A DNA stretch of 64,000 nt from contig NC_087437.1 in the NCBI RefSeq assembly GCF_036321535.1, forward strand, positions 22,446,001 to 22,510,000, in the 5' to 3' direction. Numbering within the stretch: the stretch's first letter is position 1; each line of letters begins with the position of its first letter. Shown piece by piece: positions 34,744 to 47,789 of this stretch. A program made the translations under genes and the position numbers. Below the pieces are notes generated by a model. It was given only the letters and a program-made list of their open reading frames with translations. It was not told where the DNA came from and did no database searches. The DNA comes from Camelus dromedarius (Eukaryota).

Positions 34744-34820
34744 TTAGTTGAATGGTATGAAATTGCCATTTTTGTAGGTCAAAACCTTCAAATAGCAGTC
34801 ATTTCACATAGTCCAGCCTA
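34744..34820. mobile_element. MADE2-like mariner MITE
   Basis: ttagttgaatggtatgaaattgccatttttgtaggtcaaaa...gcagtcatttcacatagtccagccta, an ~80-bp palindromic element. Confidence 0.8.
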
Positions 34821-35529
34821 GAAAAAGTCCTAACATATCTAGGAGGGGGCTAAGGAGAAGGGGCCTTCTATACTTCAACTTACCCCTCTAGCTCAAAAGA
34901 AAGAAAAGGCAACACGTATTTCTTGAGCATTTACTATCTGCAGAGTTTGGACTAGCTGATAAATCAGGAATTTATCTTCACTTTGGTTGAACTTCATGAC
35001 TCCTAAGTTGAGAAAAACAACATCAACAACATTAAAAGACAGAAATATGAAGTCAGCAAGGATCTTATCTCTGAAGAAAAAGAAAACAAGCCTGAAGGAG
35101 AACATGTATGTGTATCTTAAAGATGAGGAGAGAGGCAGGTGATGGTGGGAGGAGACAGAGCATCTGAACACGGTGCAGTGTCTCCTGGGTCATCTAACTT
35201 GTCCAGGTTCAGAGACCCGGTCAAGCCTCTTGAGCAACAATCACAGTATCTTATTTCAGGGTGGGAAATGCCTTTTGGAAGGAAGTCAGTGTTTTATGGC
35301 CTAAACCACAACACTGAGATAGTTAACAAAAACACAAAGTAAACTTAAAAAATTTTTTAATAAAAACACAGAATGGAGAAAAAGCCCATGTTCATTTGGC
35401 TTTTGAAAAAGATCTAGAGGATTTTTTTTATTCATCTGAAGCATTTTGGCCTCATTTCTAGTAAAAAGTTTTTATTGTGTTTGATATGTAATCCTCTCTA
35501 GGGGGTTGGATAAAACAAGAGCATTATGA

Positions 35530-35830
35530 AGTTTTGCTTAGGGAATGTCAGCCCATAAAGGGATCTGTGTGGATTTTGGAAGGATCCAACACTGTTCTGT
35601 TGGATAGTTTTATATATTGGGTGAACTGAACACATTAGAGCAGGAATTTTTAACTGTTTAGAAAACTTGAAGAGAGGAAAAGGAAAGTCATGCTTTTAAT
35701 TGTAAGGATTCTGTGACCTATGAATGGTTACTATCTTCTAAGGAGAGACTGAGAAGGCAGAGGATTGTAGACAGTATTTGATATTTATAAAATTTACATG
35801 GTATTCATAGAGTATTAGATAAAGCTGTTG
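35530..35830 (+). mobile_element. CR1/L3 ORF2 3' fragment
   Basis: aacttgaagagaggaaaaggaaag...acctatgaatgg...ggagagactgagaagg...atatttataaaatttacatggtatt resembles the CR1 RT C-terminus. Confidence 0.5.
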
Positions 35831-38249
35831 ATACATATTAAAAAGCGAAGAATTCACAAATGGAAGACTAAAAAGATTGCACACTATATTTGATGTTGTA
35901 CTTCTAGTTAATTTAGCAAAAGAAACATCTATCAGAGTGCCTTACTTTGATTCAAATTAATGATGAGAGAAACAGATGCACCTCCATGACTCCAGGATGG
36001 AGGAGTGAGAAACTGGGGGTTGTGTTTGCCCAGAGTTGAACCTGAGCATCACCTGTTCTTGAACCTGGCCAGCAGCTGCAGCCTCGTTTTAGGTTTATGA
36101 CTTATTTCAGCCTGCATTTATCGAGTATGTGACATGTACTGCACAAGGAGAAAGGAATGAATATCTGCTTTCGAGGAATGGAGAGGCTTTTGGCTAATAA
36201 ACAAGAAGCGGCTAATAAGCAAGGAAATTATTACGAGTGGTAGTCATTTATCAAGTTACTTTATCTGGTCAAGGTTTTTCCTTACTGACCAGATGGAAGA
36301 TTGCCCAGGCATTTTCTCAAGTCTGTCCAAAGTCCCCCAACCACTATCCAAATAGCTGTTGCAACACAGAAAACAGAGACAAGAATCAGGCAGCTGTGCA
36401 AAGAGCAGATCTGGCCTCTCACTTCTCTGTAAATATGTGCGTTCCTCTCTACCCGTTTTCTGATCCAATGGGCTTCAGGTTGCTCACTACTCTGTCTAAA
36501 GTCATTGCAAAATTGCTATACTATGATCCAGGATTTGCCTATGTCAACCTATCGTCTTTCAGCATTTTAAATTTGATTTCATGGAATAAGATAATCCCAT
36601 TACAAACTGGAAGCTCAAACTGCAAGACATAATTACGAATCCTAATTCTAGCACTCAGAAAACAAAACAAAATAACCAAAACAAAACCTAACATGCATAG
36701 AGTGCCACAACACTGTTAAAACAAGGAGTGTGTGAAAACAAATTGAATCCTCACAACAGTTCTATTCATTCATCAACAGCATTTGGTGAGTCTTGTTATA
36801 GATTTCTGGGCCGTGAAGTAGAAGCTGTCATTATCCCCATTCACGAAAGAACTAAATTCACCCCCTCAGGCCTCCTCTTGGGTGTCTTGGTCTCACTGAG
36901 CTCTTGAGATTTTGAATGCTCTATTGTTAAGGAAAGCAAACCGCAATCCCCAGGCTTCCTCTTTACTGATCTCTGCTCCAAACTCTCTAGAGCCCGCAGT
37001 GAATGCAGCTGAGTTTTACCAATTTGAATTCTCCCCCCAAATAGTAAGGGCATCTTTTTATGTCCTTGGGGACTGGGATTCAGATGAGGGAATGAAAGAA
37101 CAAAAACCACAAGTGGTCCACAGCCTATCCTCCTGCTGGAAGTGGCCTTAACACCGGGAAGACATTAATATGGGAAGATTGTCTTAAAAATCTTTAGAAA
37201 AGGGCAGTCCATGCAAACCTTCCTTCAAGAAGAGGGAGTTTCTTCTCCTGTCCTCTTTACAGCCTAACTCTGTATAAAAGACAAGATATGATAAATTATG
37301 AGAAATGGTAGGAAAAACAATACCAAATGATCTAGGTAACTATCACTTAGCATATATACACAAGTCTCATTTTAATGAAGGACATCTATATTGTGGCCTA
37401 GAATGTTGCCCATGACATAGTAAGAAAAAAAAAGCATACAAAATAGTAAAGAGTAAAAGAAAAGAATCTCTTGTATCAGAAGCTACCACAAGTGCATGAG
37501 CTGACCCAGGCTGAGAGCCCAGGGTCTCCCAGGTCTCCCAGTTTCAGTGTTTGCCATCCAACCTGCCCTACTTCCCAGATGCCAAGGTTGTGTGAAGACT
37601 GACCTGGAGACATACAGGATAATTCAGCACTTGTATTCTCTCGTTTCTGGGAGGCAATGTGTTAATAATTCAAAAGTCATGGCTCTAACCCAGCAGAAGA
37701 TGATTTGAAAAGGACAAACACACTGAAATCTGGAGAGGTGCAGTTAGTGAGGCTAAACGGATAGAAGCAGTCAGATATATGCCACATGCAAGACATGGCT
37801 AAGCTGACCTTTGTTATGCTACTGATGCATAGCCATGAAAAAAAAAACCCTACATTTTAAAATCTCATGTATCTTTGAATCACCTGGAGGTAGAGGTATT
37901 TTAAAAATGTATCTGAGAGAGAGAAAAATAATTCAAACAGACCACTGTAGCAAATACGCCTTTGTCAAGGAAAGGTCTTTGTAGCTAAAGTGAAATGGCA
38001 TTTCTTTTTTAATGAGGTGAACATTTGTGAAGAGCTATTATGCATATTTTTCAAAAGATAATAGTGTAGATCTATCCTGTAATGCAATAAATGTCTGAGT
38101 TTAGTCCACCTAACCTATAGTCTAAAATACAATGCAATTTTTAACATAAGTATCTATGAACAAATGGAGTCATATATTGCAGGTTGAAACAACTCACAGA
38201 GCTATAGTAAAAGCTTTTTTTTTTTTATTAAAGGTTTCATATGGTAAAA

Positions 38250-38722
38250 ACAGAGTGTAATAATTATCTTGCCCAGATTTCACTTAAAAAAACAGTTCTG
38301 TTTGTGGGAAGAAAGCCCATATTTTACACATTGAAAATTAATTCGGTTATCAGATGATACTTTGAAACTCAAGACCAGCTTATAATAATTAAAAGATAAT
38401 AATGTTTTGAGATTTAAGTAAGTCTGAAAGTCAATAAAACACAAAAATGATTTTTTGGTGCTTTTAAAAAATTTGAAAATAAATTCTAAAATTATTTTTA
38501 ATGATGTGCAACTTTTGTGCAATAGAGTCACAAATCAAATCATCTCTCTGTTCACCTAGTTCAAAGTCTGAAGAGGTTAAGTATGACTTTATGAAGTTGA
38601 TTGACTATAAAATGTGAATTTTTTACTGGTTTTCTCAACATGGCCACCATGAAGTCTAAAGTTTCTGTGGTAATGGCTTTCTCCCGGAGCCCAGTGCATT
38701 GGGCACCTCTCTCAGAGCCCTG
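38250..38722 (-). mobile_element. Possible hAT-Tip100 fossil with transposase dimerisation-domain remnant
   Basis: The minus strand at 38440-38600 gives a decayed KSYLTS...LGEQR...L...SI, similar to the hAT C-terminal motif. A CAGGGC-type terminus lies near 38722. Confidence 0.35.
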
Positions 38723-39205
38723 GAACTACTCCTCACAGGGTCAGGTAATGATGCTTTTTGGATGCAGGTGGTGGGTGTGTTTTAGCAGGCAGATCATTGG
38801 TTCACGTTAAAGATCATGGGTTCATTCAGACACCCCAGATTCTTTTGGTCCACAGAGTTTGGGTTTAACTTTAGAAAGTGGCAGCAGGGCAGAGCTGGGG
38901 GGCCAGCCACCTGCCTGAGCCCTGTGTGGTGACCAGCAAGGTAGACTTAAGTGTTTCTTTATCTACCCTAGTGGCTGCTTGGCTTGATATTTGGAAACTG
39001 GTGGAAGAGTTGGAAGGTTGGATAGTAGTATCAGAAAAACATATTTGGAGTAAACACATTCAGTTTGGCATGAGGCATTCTTTGAATTGCAACCCTTACT
39101 TAAGTTATTGAGGAACTTATGGTACAGCTAACATTTTACTTAAAAAAGAAAACAAACAAGAACTTAAAAAGCAATCACTTCTTGTGTTCTGTGTAATAAG
39201 CGGAA

Positions 39206-40058
39206 GCTTCTAATGCAATTTAAAATCAAAAAGAATTTTCTTTTCAAATAGAGTCTTTAGGTTGAGAGAGGCCTTTAAAAATGATAGAAAAAGTAACTCT
39301 AACCGCATAAATCATTTGAATATTTGGGTGAACAACAGAAATGAAATCAGCTCTCTTTTAAAAGCAGATCTCAAGTTTAACTCCGTAGGTTACCACTTAA
39401 GTCGTCATAATAAATAACAACCAAGAAAAACATTTAGGAAAGAATCAATCCCTTAAAAGTGCTTAAAAGTGCTGAGAAGACATGTAATATACATACTCAA
39501 GTCAGTAAAATTCAGCTACTGATGAACATAGAGACTGGAGAAAATCTTAAGACAACTCAAACCACTCGAGTTCTGTCATAGAAGTTTCTATATCACAAAA
39601 TCCACTAGTACATATTGTTTCTGAACAAAAAAAATCATGTTAGAAGTAGAAACATGGAGTCAGGTTCAGTCCTATCATTTTCTGCCAATGATACCTGGGT
39701 GTTTTATTTCCATGTCCAGTTGAACATTGTCAATGAATATACAACCTTTTTTTTTTCTACACAAAAACATTGTGTAAACTGCTTGAAATTAAATACTAAT
39801 ATACGGTTTTATTACCATAAACCACAGGATTTTCAAAATCATAGGTTGTGATTTATTATGATGTTTTAGGTAACCTATAGGAGTTAAACTTGAGATCTGC
39901 TTTTAAAAGAGAACTGATTTCATTTCTATTGTTCACCCAAATATTCGAATGATTTATGCAATTAAAGTTACTTTTTCTACCATTTTTAAAGGCCTCCCTC
40001 AACCCAGAAATTCCATTTGAAAAGAAAATGCTTTTTCATTTTAAATTGCATCGGAAGC
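39206..40058. repeat. Long inverted repeat: arms 39206-39422 and 39844-40058, 421-bp spacer
   Basis: Manual alignment of the left arm to the reverse complement of the right arm gave ~22 substitutions and 2 indels over ~217 nt (~88% identity). Confidence 0.95.
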
Positions 40059-40784
40059 AATTTAAAATCAAAACAGGATTTTCTTTGACTATTTTCAAGT
40101 AGTTGAATATGTTCCTTATGGTGATATGAGCTTTTGGAGTATTTATAACTGATGATACAAATGTGTTCTTTGTGGGAGAGGGATTCAGTGAGTAGAGTAA
40201 GGTGTTCTAAGATGAAAGCTCTTGAGAATGTTAAAGAATTAAAAATTCTTAAAATAAACATGTACAATATTTGCACATGGATTATAACTTTAAACACACA
40301 TTTGATTCTTCTTTACACATTTACCTCATTACATAGAAAACATTTCACTTTCTTCTGTACAGTTCTGAAAATTATCAGAGCGTGCCTTCTGAGGAATAGA
40401 CACGGCACATGTTTTCCCAATTCATCCATGGGAGAGTACAGTAATTAGAATCACTGTCATTTAAGAATACCACCTCTTCAGCTGGTGAAATTAGATTTGA
40501 TCTCAATACTCTCAAGAGTATTGACTCTAGGAAGATGTTATTTATTGGGGCTCCAAGTAAATTTAGGTGGAGAAAAAGTGGAGAAAAATCCTCTTTCCTA
40601 GAATTATCTATGGTATAGGATAGTATAGGTAAGTCTAGATTCATATACAGAGCCTCTACTTAGCAATTTTCCAAAAGTATTTCATGAAATTCATCCCAAA
40701 CAAATTACCATATGAAAGTAAAGCTGGCAAATGAGAGTTAAGCCGTGGGATGCTTTTAAGTCCATAAGTAGAGATGGAAGAAAG

Positions 40785-41040
40785 GCAGCTTGGTGATGTG
40801 GGAAAAAAACTGAAGTTGGAATCTGTCCTAGTCCCATTTTCCCTACCTATGTCTATTTGTTGTACGATCCCATGTAAATTAGTTACCCTCTCTGTGTGCC
40901 AGTTTCCTCCTCAGTAAAACAGCTGCTATTAAGACCTAACTCACCAGTTGTTGTCATGAAGGTTAAATATACTAATTTTCACCAAACCGCGTTAGACAGT
41001 GACTGGAACTTTTTAGATACTCAATAAATATTAATCAAAT
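40785..41040 (+). mobile_element. MIR SINE
   Basis: ttagttaccctctctgtgtgccagtttcctcctcagtaaaacag...tagatactcaataaatatt. Confidence 0.75.
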
Positions 41041-41486
41041 CTGCATTCTCCCAAGTTAAAGATGAAAGAAGTGAAAATAGATAGCCCTAAATAGCTCATT
41101 ATATTTGAAGTCCCATTTTTTATGTGGTATAACAGGTTTGCAGGCTGTGATTACGACAATGAATCTGTGAATCTTAAAGTGAAAACTCTATTTGTTTGCT
41201 TCAGGTAGGTGAGCAAGTCACCTATAAAGGGGCCTGCCAGTTGTTGTTTTTGATTTGTCAATGTGACTGTCTTCCCAGATTTAAGAACTGTGGAAATGCT
41301 TATCTGGGTAATGTCTCTGAAACACCCTGACTGCAAATATGAAGTATAAACATCCAAATCTGGATGGCTCTGAGCCTCCACCTACTCATACAGAATATAA
41401 AATTCCTTCCAGAGTTTCCTTGTCTCTTGAATATTTACGGGAATCCCAAAGGGGAGTTTTATGAGTGACTTCAATGTCCCCTAGGT

Positions 41487-41635
41487 CAAGGGTTCTCAAG
41501 TGCTGCTGTGTTTTAAATAGCTCTGCTGCCTGGGCCATCCCACCCCATACCAATTAAACCAGAATCCCTGGGGGAGGCACCAGGCACAACTCCGCGGGTG
41601 ATTCCAGTGTGCAGCCTGGTGGGAGAACCAGGACC
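41487..41635. mobile_element. MER5-type hAT MITE
   Basis: caagggttctcaag...caattaaaccagaatccctggggg...gtgattccagtgtgcagcc...gagaacca. Confidence 0.7.
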
Positions 41636-41769
41636 CTGAGCCCACAGTGTGCGATTCCCACCCCACATGAAGTCACTTGAACAGTTTGGCCCCTGGGCCT
41701 CTGTCTGCTGGATCATAACCCCACCTGCCTAGGGACAGGCCTTCAGTCCTTCCCTGTCCAGTGTCCTTC

Positions 41770-41948
41770 TAGAGTCTCAACTTTGGTCACTCATTAGAAT
41801 CACTTAGATAAAGTTCAAAAAAATCCTGTAGCCCAGGCCTCACCACAGAGTAAATAAATCAGAATTCCTGGGCACAGGGCCCAGGCATCTGGGATTTGTA
41901 AGCGCTCCTTAGTGATTCTAACATGCTCCCAGGCTTGGGAATGACTGC
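41770..41948. mobile_element. MER5B-like hAT MITE
   Basis: tctcaactttggtcactcattagaatcactt...aaatcagaattcctggg...gtgattctaacatgc...ggaatgactg. Confidence 0.75.
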
Positions 41949-44900
41949 TCTGGGGGCTTCTAGGAGGAGGGAGCAGGGGTGGCATGTGACCACGGTGTAG
42001 AACTTGCCATGCCTCAGTGCCAGCTTCCCCGTGGGTGCTCTGCTCAGCCACAGCAATGCTGCCTGCACAGACCTGCTCTGCTTTACTCCAAGGGGATGAG
42101 CAGGCGCTGCGCTCCACTCCGCCTGCGCTGCAGCTGCCAGCCACCTGCAGGTGCAGGATGGCCTCCCTCCTTGGGACACCCACTATTTTGCCTCCTGGTC
42201 GCTGCCACTTATCCATCACTCCAACTGGTAGCAGAGGCCTTCATTTTCTTGTTCCCAGTTCTTTTAGAGATGGTCCCTTAGTAGAGTTACTTGGACACCC
42301 ACTTAAATTCTTCCTAGTTTACCACCCACCATTTGGGGAAAAGAGGAAGGTCCCAGCAGGGAAACAATGCTGCCTCCCTCACTCCCCTTTTTACCCATTA
42401 GTGCTATCATCTTCCAAGTGCAGGCACGACCGCAGTGGGGTGGGTTGGGAGGGCCACGTCCATCCTCACAATGTCCCACAAGAGGATGTTGACCCTCAGG
42501 CTGTACCAGATGCCTTCCAATTGATAGGAATTTGCCTCTTAAGGGTTGAATTATTCCTCTCTGTGCCTGACTTCTGTCATTAACCCTTTCCTCACACATA
42601 TATCACTCTATGCCAGAATCCCAATTGGGGATAAAATTCAAGCTCCTTTTCTTGGTTGCCTGGACTTCAGGCACATAAGGAACCAGCGCTAGATGCCTGT
42701 GCTAGTGCCTGGGAACATTCTGGAGCCTTTAATAAGGTACTTTCCCCCCAGAACATAGGGAAGACCCTAAAGGAACGTTGCCTTATTCTACAGGCCTATA
42801 CATCTGAGTCCTAACAACAGTCCAGCCATTACATGAAACATTCAGTAAAGCCAAGGAAACTAGAAATGTTCCCTTAAGATCAGATTACTTTTTCCCTGGA
42901 AGGTTAGATGGTCTCAAACTCTTTTGTCTCTAATATACTTGGGTGAAGCAAAAGACCCCTGTAGGCCACCTACCCCAACTTGGTATTATAAAAGCAAGCA
43001 AAAAACCAAACACAAAGGGGAAGAATGGTGGTGTTTTCCCTAAGAAGGTGGTGTAAATCATTAATTTATTTTGGGGTTGAGTATAGGCAGTGTCATAAAA
43101 TTGAATCATTATGACATCAGCCTGCAAACTACCACTGGTGAACATCTGCAGAAGGGTATAAACAGTTAAGCTATGGTTCACCTTGTGGCCCTAGGAAAGA
43201 CCCCCGAGGGCTGCTCATAGAAATTCTGCTGTGTCAGAACTCAGAATACTGAAACTCGGCTGGTTCCCAGCCCACGTGCTACCTGGAGCCCCTCACTGCC
43301 TGTCTGTTTCTAGCTGTCCAAGAGATGTTCTACCTCAGCCCTATGTTGTAGGTCTCTATGCTGTCATCAGAGCAGAATCTTTAGAAAGGAAAAGTGTGTC
43401 AGAGGATGACATGTGCTGAGTGAAGTATGAAGTCATTGTCCTAGAAACCCAAAATAACACTTTTTTCCAGATCTGAGTCCTGACAACCACATTTTCACAG
43501 ATCTCTGGGGAAGAGAAGAGTTGTGTAAATTCAGTCACCTACAATGACTCAGAAAAGATTAGACATTCTTTCTCAACAGAAGACTTCCTTTATTTTCTAT
43601 CAGGTATCTTTGCCCCTCTGATTTGTCCTTGAAATTTAATGTGAATGGAGCAAGACACAGTACAAAAAGGGAGAAGAAATATGTTTTCAAGCACAATTTT
43701 TAACAGCTTGGAACCAATGGAAGAATGTATCAGGAGTAGCTTGTTATTTGCGTGTTCACTGCTAAAGCAGGTCCATTAGAAGGGACGTTCTCTTCTCCCT
43801 CAAGAACAGAGCAGTCACTGCTGACTGCAGTCAAGTTCTTTCTCAGTGTAACCCAGAACAATTGCATTAAGCGGCTTTCCTAAACCCAAACTCTCGTTCT
43901 CATTCATTAGAGCTCCCTCTCAGGCACTTTGGAGTTCCCTATCATCTCTCCCCTGATGGGCTTCTTTGGATTTTTCAGCTGTGCCTCCAGAAGCAGTTCA
44001 ACTTCTCTTTGGAGGGAACTGCATAAAAGACTCAACATTTTATTAAATCCATTCGCTGCATCTTTCAAAACCATCAAGGAAATGGCATCCTTAAATTTGG
44101 CAGTATTCTTTAACAAACACACACTCAGGCACATGTATTCAGCCTCGATGTTTTCTGTGCTGCGTCAGTAAAATTTAATTAAAATGAGTAGAAAAATTAC
44201 AGTAATTTCCATTTATCATCCCAAAATGCCATTATGAGACCAAAGCCCTTCATACCTGCACCTATCAAGCAGGGTGATAAAACTATAATGGGCTATTCAA
44301 AGGGGTTATGCCATTGCCATCCTGAGAAATTTTAAGGTAATAATGAACAACCATCTGTCTTGAATGCCATCAAAGTGGGTACCAGGCCAGCTGATCTCTT
44401 AAATCCTATTCAGATAAATTTTTCCATTATGCTTTGAATCAGACTCATACATAGAAGGACATGGACTGTATGTATTTATATGTTGATACTTAAACATGAA
44501 TGATGACTTTTTTTTTCCTGAAGGTGAAAGAAATGAGAGAAGAAAAGAGTGAGACAAAGGGCAGGAGTGAGAGAGGGATTGAGAGGACCATCTCTCTGAG
44601 AAGCTGAAGCTCTACAGGGTGGTGTTTTCCCTATAAATAAATTAATGATTTACAGTGCCCTCTTAGGGAAAACACAGAGTAGAGAATATAAAGCCATTAT
44701 TTTGGGGGAAATGTAGTAAAAATTAAATTTTAGAAAATTCTGAATGAAGAAAGTACCCTTTCTTGGGCTTTTGAAAGATGAATAAGACAAAAATTAAGAG
44801 AAGACTCGGAATCTTGTTGGCAAGAAATGTCATGGTGAATTAATATGGGCCACAAAAGATGTTGCCTATCGGGTGACAGTCCTGACAGGTGACTCAGATA

Positions 44901-45484
44901 CAGAGTCTTTTATTATTGGGATGAGGAAGCAGAAGAAAGCAGCAATAATGCTCAATTACTCTTAGCTACATGGAGCACTGATGAATCCTGAGGAAAGAGA
45001 AAATCAACAGCGGCAAAGTGGAATAAAATATCTGTTACAAGATAAAGAGGTGAATAGAAGATGTGATAGCATCAATACTTTGGTGGAAAAAGAAATGACA
45101 TCCTTGGCTCTACCTGTTAAGGCCATGTCAGGTTTGGTGTTACGGTTGAGAAAGGAAAAGAAGAGCAAAGGGAGGAGGGTTGGTCAGCAGGGACAAGGTT
45201 ACTTAGGTGCACTGTCATCTATTAAAGGGAACAGGGTAGAAGCAAAGATACCCAATGGGAGGAAGAAAATGGTAGTGATAAAAGGAGAAAGGAATGAATT
45301 AGAGAACGTGGTAGTGGAAAGGATAAACAAATCCAAATGCTGTGTCTTAAAATGATCAGTATAGTATGCAGTTAAATTAAAGAAGGGGGAAAACACACAC
45401 ACATCATTTTCTACAGGAAAAGTCTATAATCAAATAGATGAAAAAGACATTAAAAACAATGTGTTATGATGCACAATCCCATTC

Positions 45485-45645
45485 TTTAGGTAACCATGTT
45501 AACTCCTCTAAGGCTTAAAAAAATCTGACTAATACTACTATTTACCTCATGGATTTTTTATGAATATTAATTAGAATAACTTATATGAAACATATATTTA
45601 TAGTACCTGGCACACTGTAGTGTTCAACAGTTGTTGTTATTAAAA
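45485..45645 (+). mobile_element. MIR SINE 3' half
   Basis: aatactactatttacctcatggattttttatgaatattaattagaataacttatatgaaac...tagtacctggcacactgtag. Confidence 0.7.
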
Positions 45646-45782
45646 TTTTTGAAAATCTGGAGAGACTAGATAGTACACTAGGAAAGTAAAGTTGACTAAA
45701 GAAGTAGAAAACCTAAATATTCAACCATATAAGATATTGAAATTATTATAAAAAAATTACTTCCAAAAATGACATCAAGTTC

Positions 45783-46313
45783 CATGGTAGTTTTAAACTA
45801 TGCCCACAATTCTCTGATACTCCTCTTTGCAAGAGGTGGAGCTTATTCTCCTCCCATTGAGTGTGGACTGGTCTAAGTGACCTGCTTCTAACAAATAGAA
45901 TATGGCAGAAGTGACAATGTGTGACTTCAGAGACTAGTTAACAAAAGGCATTGCTGCATTCTTCTTGCTTTCTCTCTGTACACATGCTCTGGGGGAAAGT
46001 AACTTTGACATCATGAGGACACCCAAGCAGCCCTATGGAAGACACATGGTGAAGAACTGAGGCCTTCTGACAATGGCCATGTGAGTGAGACATCCTGGAG
46101 TGGATCCTCTAGGCTCAGTCAAGTCTTCAGACACTACACTGCTGGGCCAACAGTTTGTCTGCAACCTCATGTGAGACCCTGAGCAGGAACTACCTAGCTA
46201 AGATGATGCTCCTAGATTCTGATCCCACAAAACTATATGATATAATACAAGTTTGCTGTTTTAACTGATAAATTTGGGGATAACTTGTTATACAGCAATA
46301 GATAACTAATACA
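45783..46313 (+). mobile_element. MLT1F-type MaLR solo LTR
   Basis: tggtagttttaaactatgcccacaattctctgatactcctc...gacctgcttctaacaaatagaatatggcagaagtgac...ttgttatacagcaatagataactaataca. Confidence 0.88.
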
Positions 46314-47789
46314 TCAAAGGTTACTTTTAGAGGTGGGTACTATGTATTTTTAGCTTACAATACGTATCTCTTGAGCACTGTTCTATGTCCAGGTTGGCCC
46401 CTGGGTCAACTGATTCTATCCCTCATATCCTCAAACTTGCTTGGGCTTCAGTTTCCTTCAACAAAATTCTGGGTTTAAAAGTTTATCTCTATAGTTCCAC
46501 CTTGCTTGGAACCTCTTGGATTTTATGACTTAAAACTTCCAACTGCAATTATATACTATGATAAACAAACACAGATGTGTGGTTAAAAGAGTAGCTAAAA
46601 TTTAATTGAGAAGTTACAGTACAGTTATAGCTTTATCATAGAAAAAATTTACCTGAGAAATTTTCAAGGGAAAGCACATCTCATGTCTTACTTAGCTTTA
46701 TTTCTCCCTGAGTCCCAGTACCTGGTGTATAGGAGATACCTAATATTGAGGTGCCTAATGGTCATTTGTGGTTCTTACTACATTGCAAGTTGGTTGTGGT
46801 GTAAGGCTTCTTAACTAGTGGTTCACAGACAATCATTCTTTCTGGGCACTGAAAGTACAGTGTGTTCTTGCCATGATGTTGGAGCTCCACTCTCATTAGC
46901 ATTTAAAAGAGAACACTTATTAGCTGAACTACTAAATGTCCTTTATACAATATAATGAGTTTCATTGAAAAGAATCACCAGCTTAGCTAAGGAGAAATTT
47001 AAACACTTTGCCATCATTTATGAATTCAACCCTTCTAGGATGGTATTTTTAAAGGTACTTTGAATGAAAGGAAGAAGAAAAGTGGTAGAAATCTTGACAA
47101 AAGAAATGTAATTAGAGTTTTTAAAAAAGGCAATTCTATGCTTTATGAAGATATCTTTGATCTTACTTCTCAGAAGCCAGGGAGGCAGGGGCATTGTTGC
47201 CCACAATTTTCTCTCTCCGCTGTGCCTCAGAATAGGTAACTGGGATGGAACGTGCCTGCTTTTGTTAAAAGTGATGGAGAAAAATTACACAAAGCCATAA
47301 TCAAAAATCACTGTAATGCAAATCAATAAGGCAGAGGCACACTGCAGGAAACTCACACAAGTAATGGAATTATACTTGATCTTCCTTTCAATATCTCAGG
47401 ATTACCCTAGACATTTGCTTTATACATCAAACTCATTATATTTAAATTAATGCATCATATCAAAATTAAATGAAACCATTAATTAGCAAATATTGTTTCC
47501 CCTATTTTTTATCTTGGAATGTTAATGGTTACAATTCATTCATTCATTCACTTGTTAACTCAGCAAGAATTTAATGAACTCCTAAGTTCAACACAAAACC
47601 AAATGGTAAATTTCCATAAACTTTCATATAGACCACAACATCTTAAGACATTAGACAGGACAAAAGTATGTCTAGAGCTACAGAAGGTTAAGATAAATTT
47701 AGATGTTACACATGTAAGTATATATCAAAAGGAAGTGCGATGAGCAGTGAGATTGATGCCATGAGTTGATGTCATTTCCTCCATGATGC

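Noticed and set aside
42017..42583. Longest ORF in the track (188 aa) and overlapping ORFs in several frames
   Set aside because: No recognisable domain. It is explained by local GC richness, with frames open on both strands.
43907..44171. Protein-like ORFs on both strands, initially suspected to be an exon or retrocopy
   Set aside because: No similarity to NHE9 or any protein I recognise, and no TSD or poly(A) tail. Exons 9 and 10 already join in frame.
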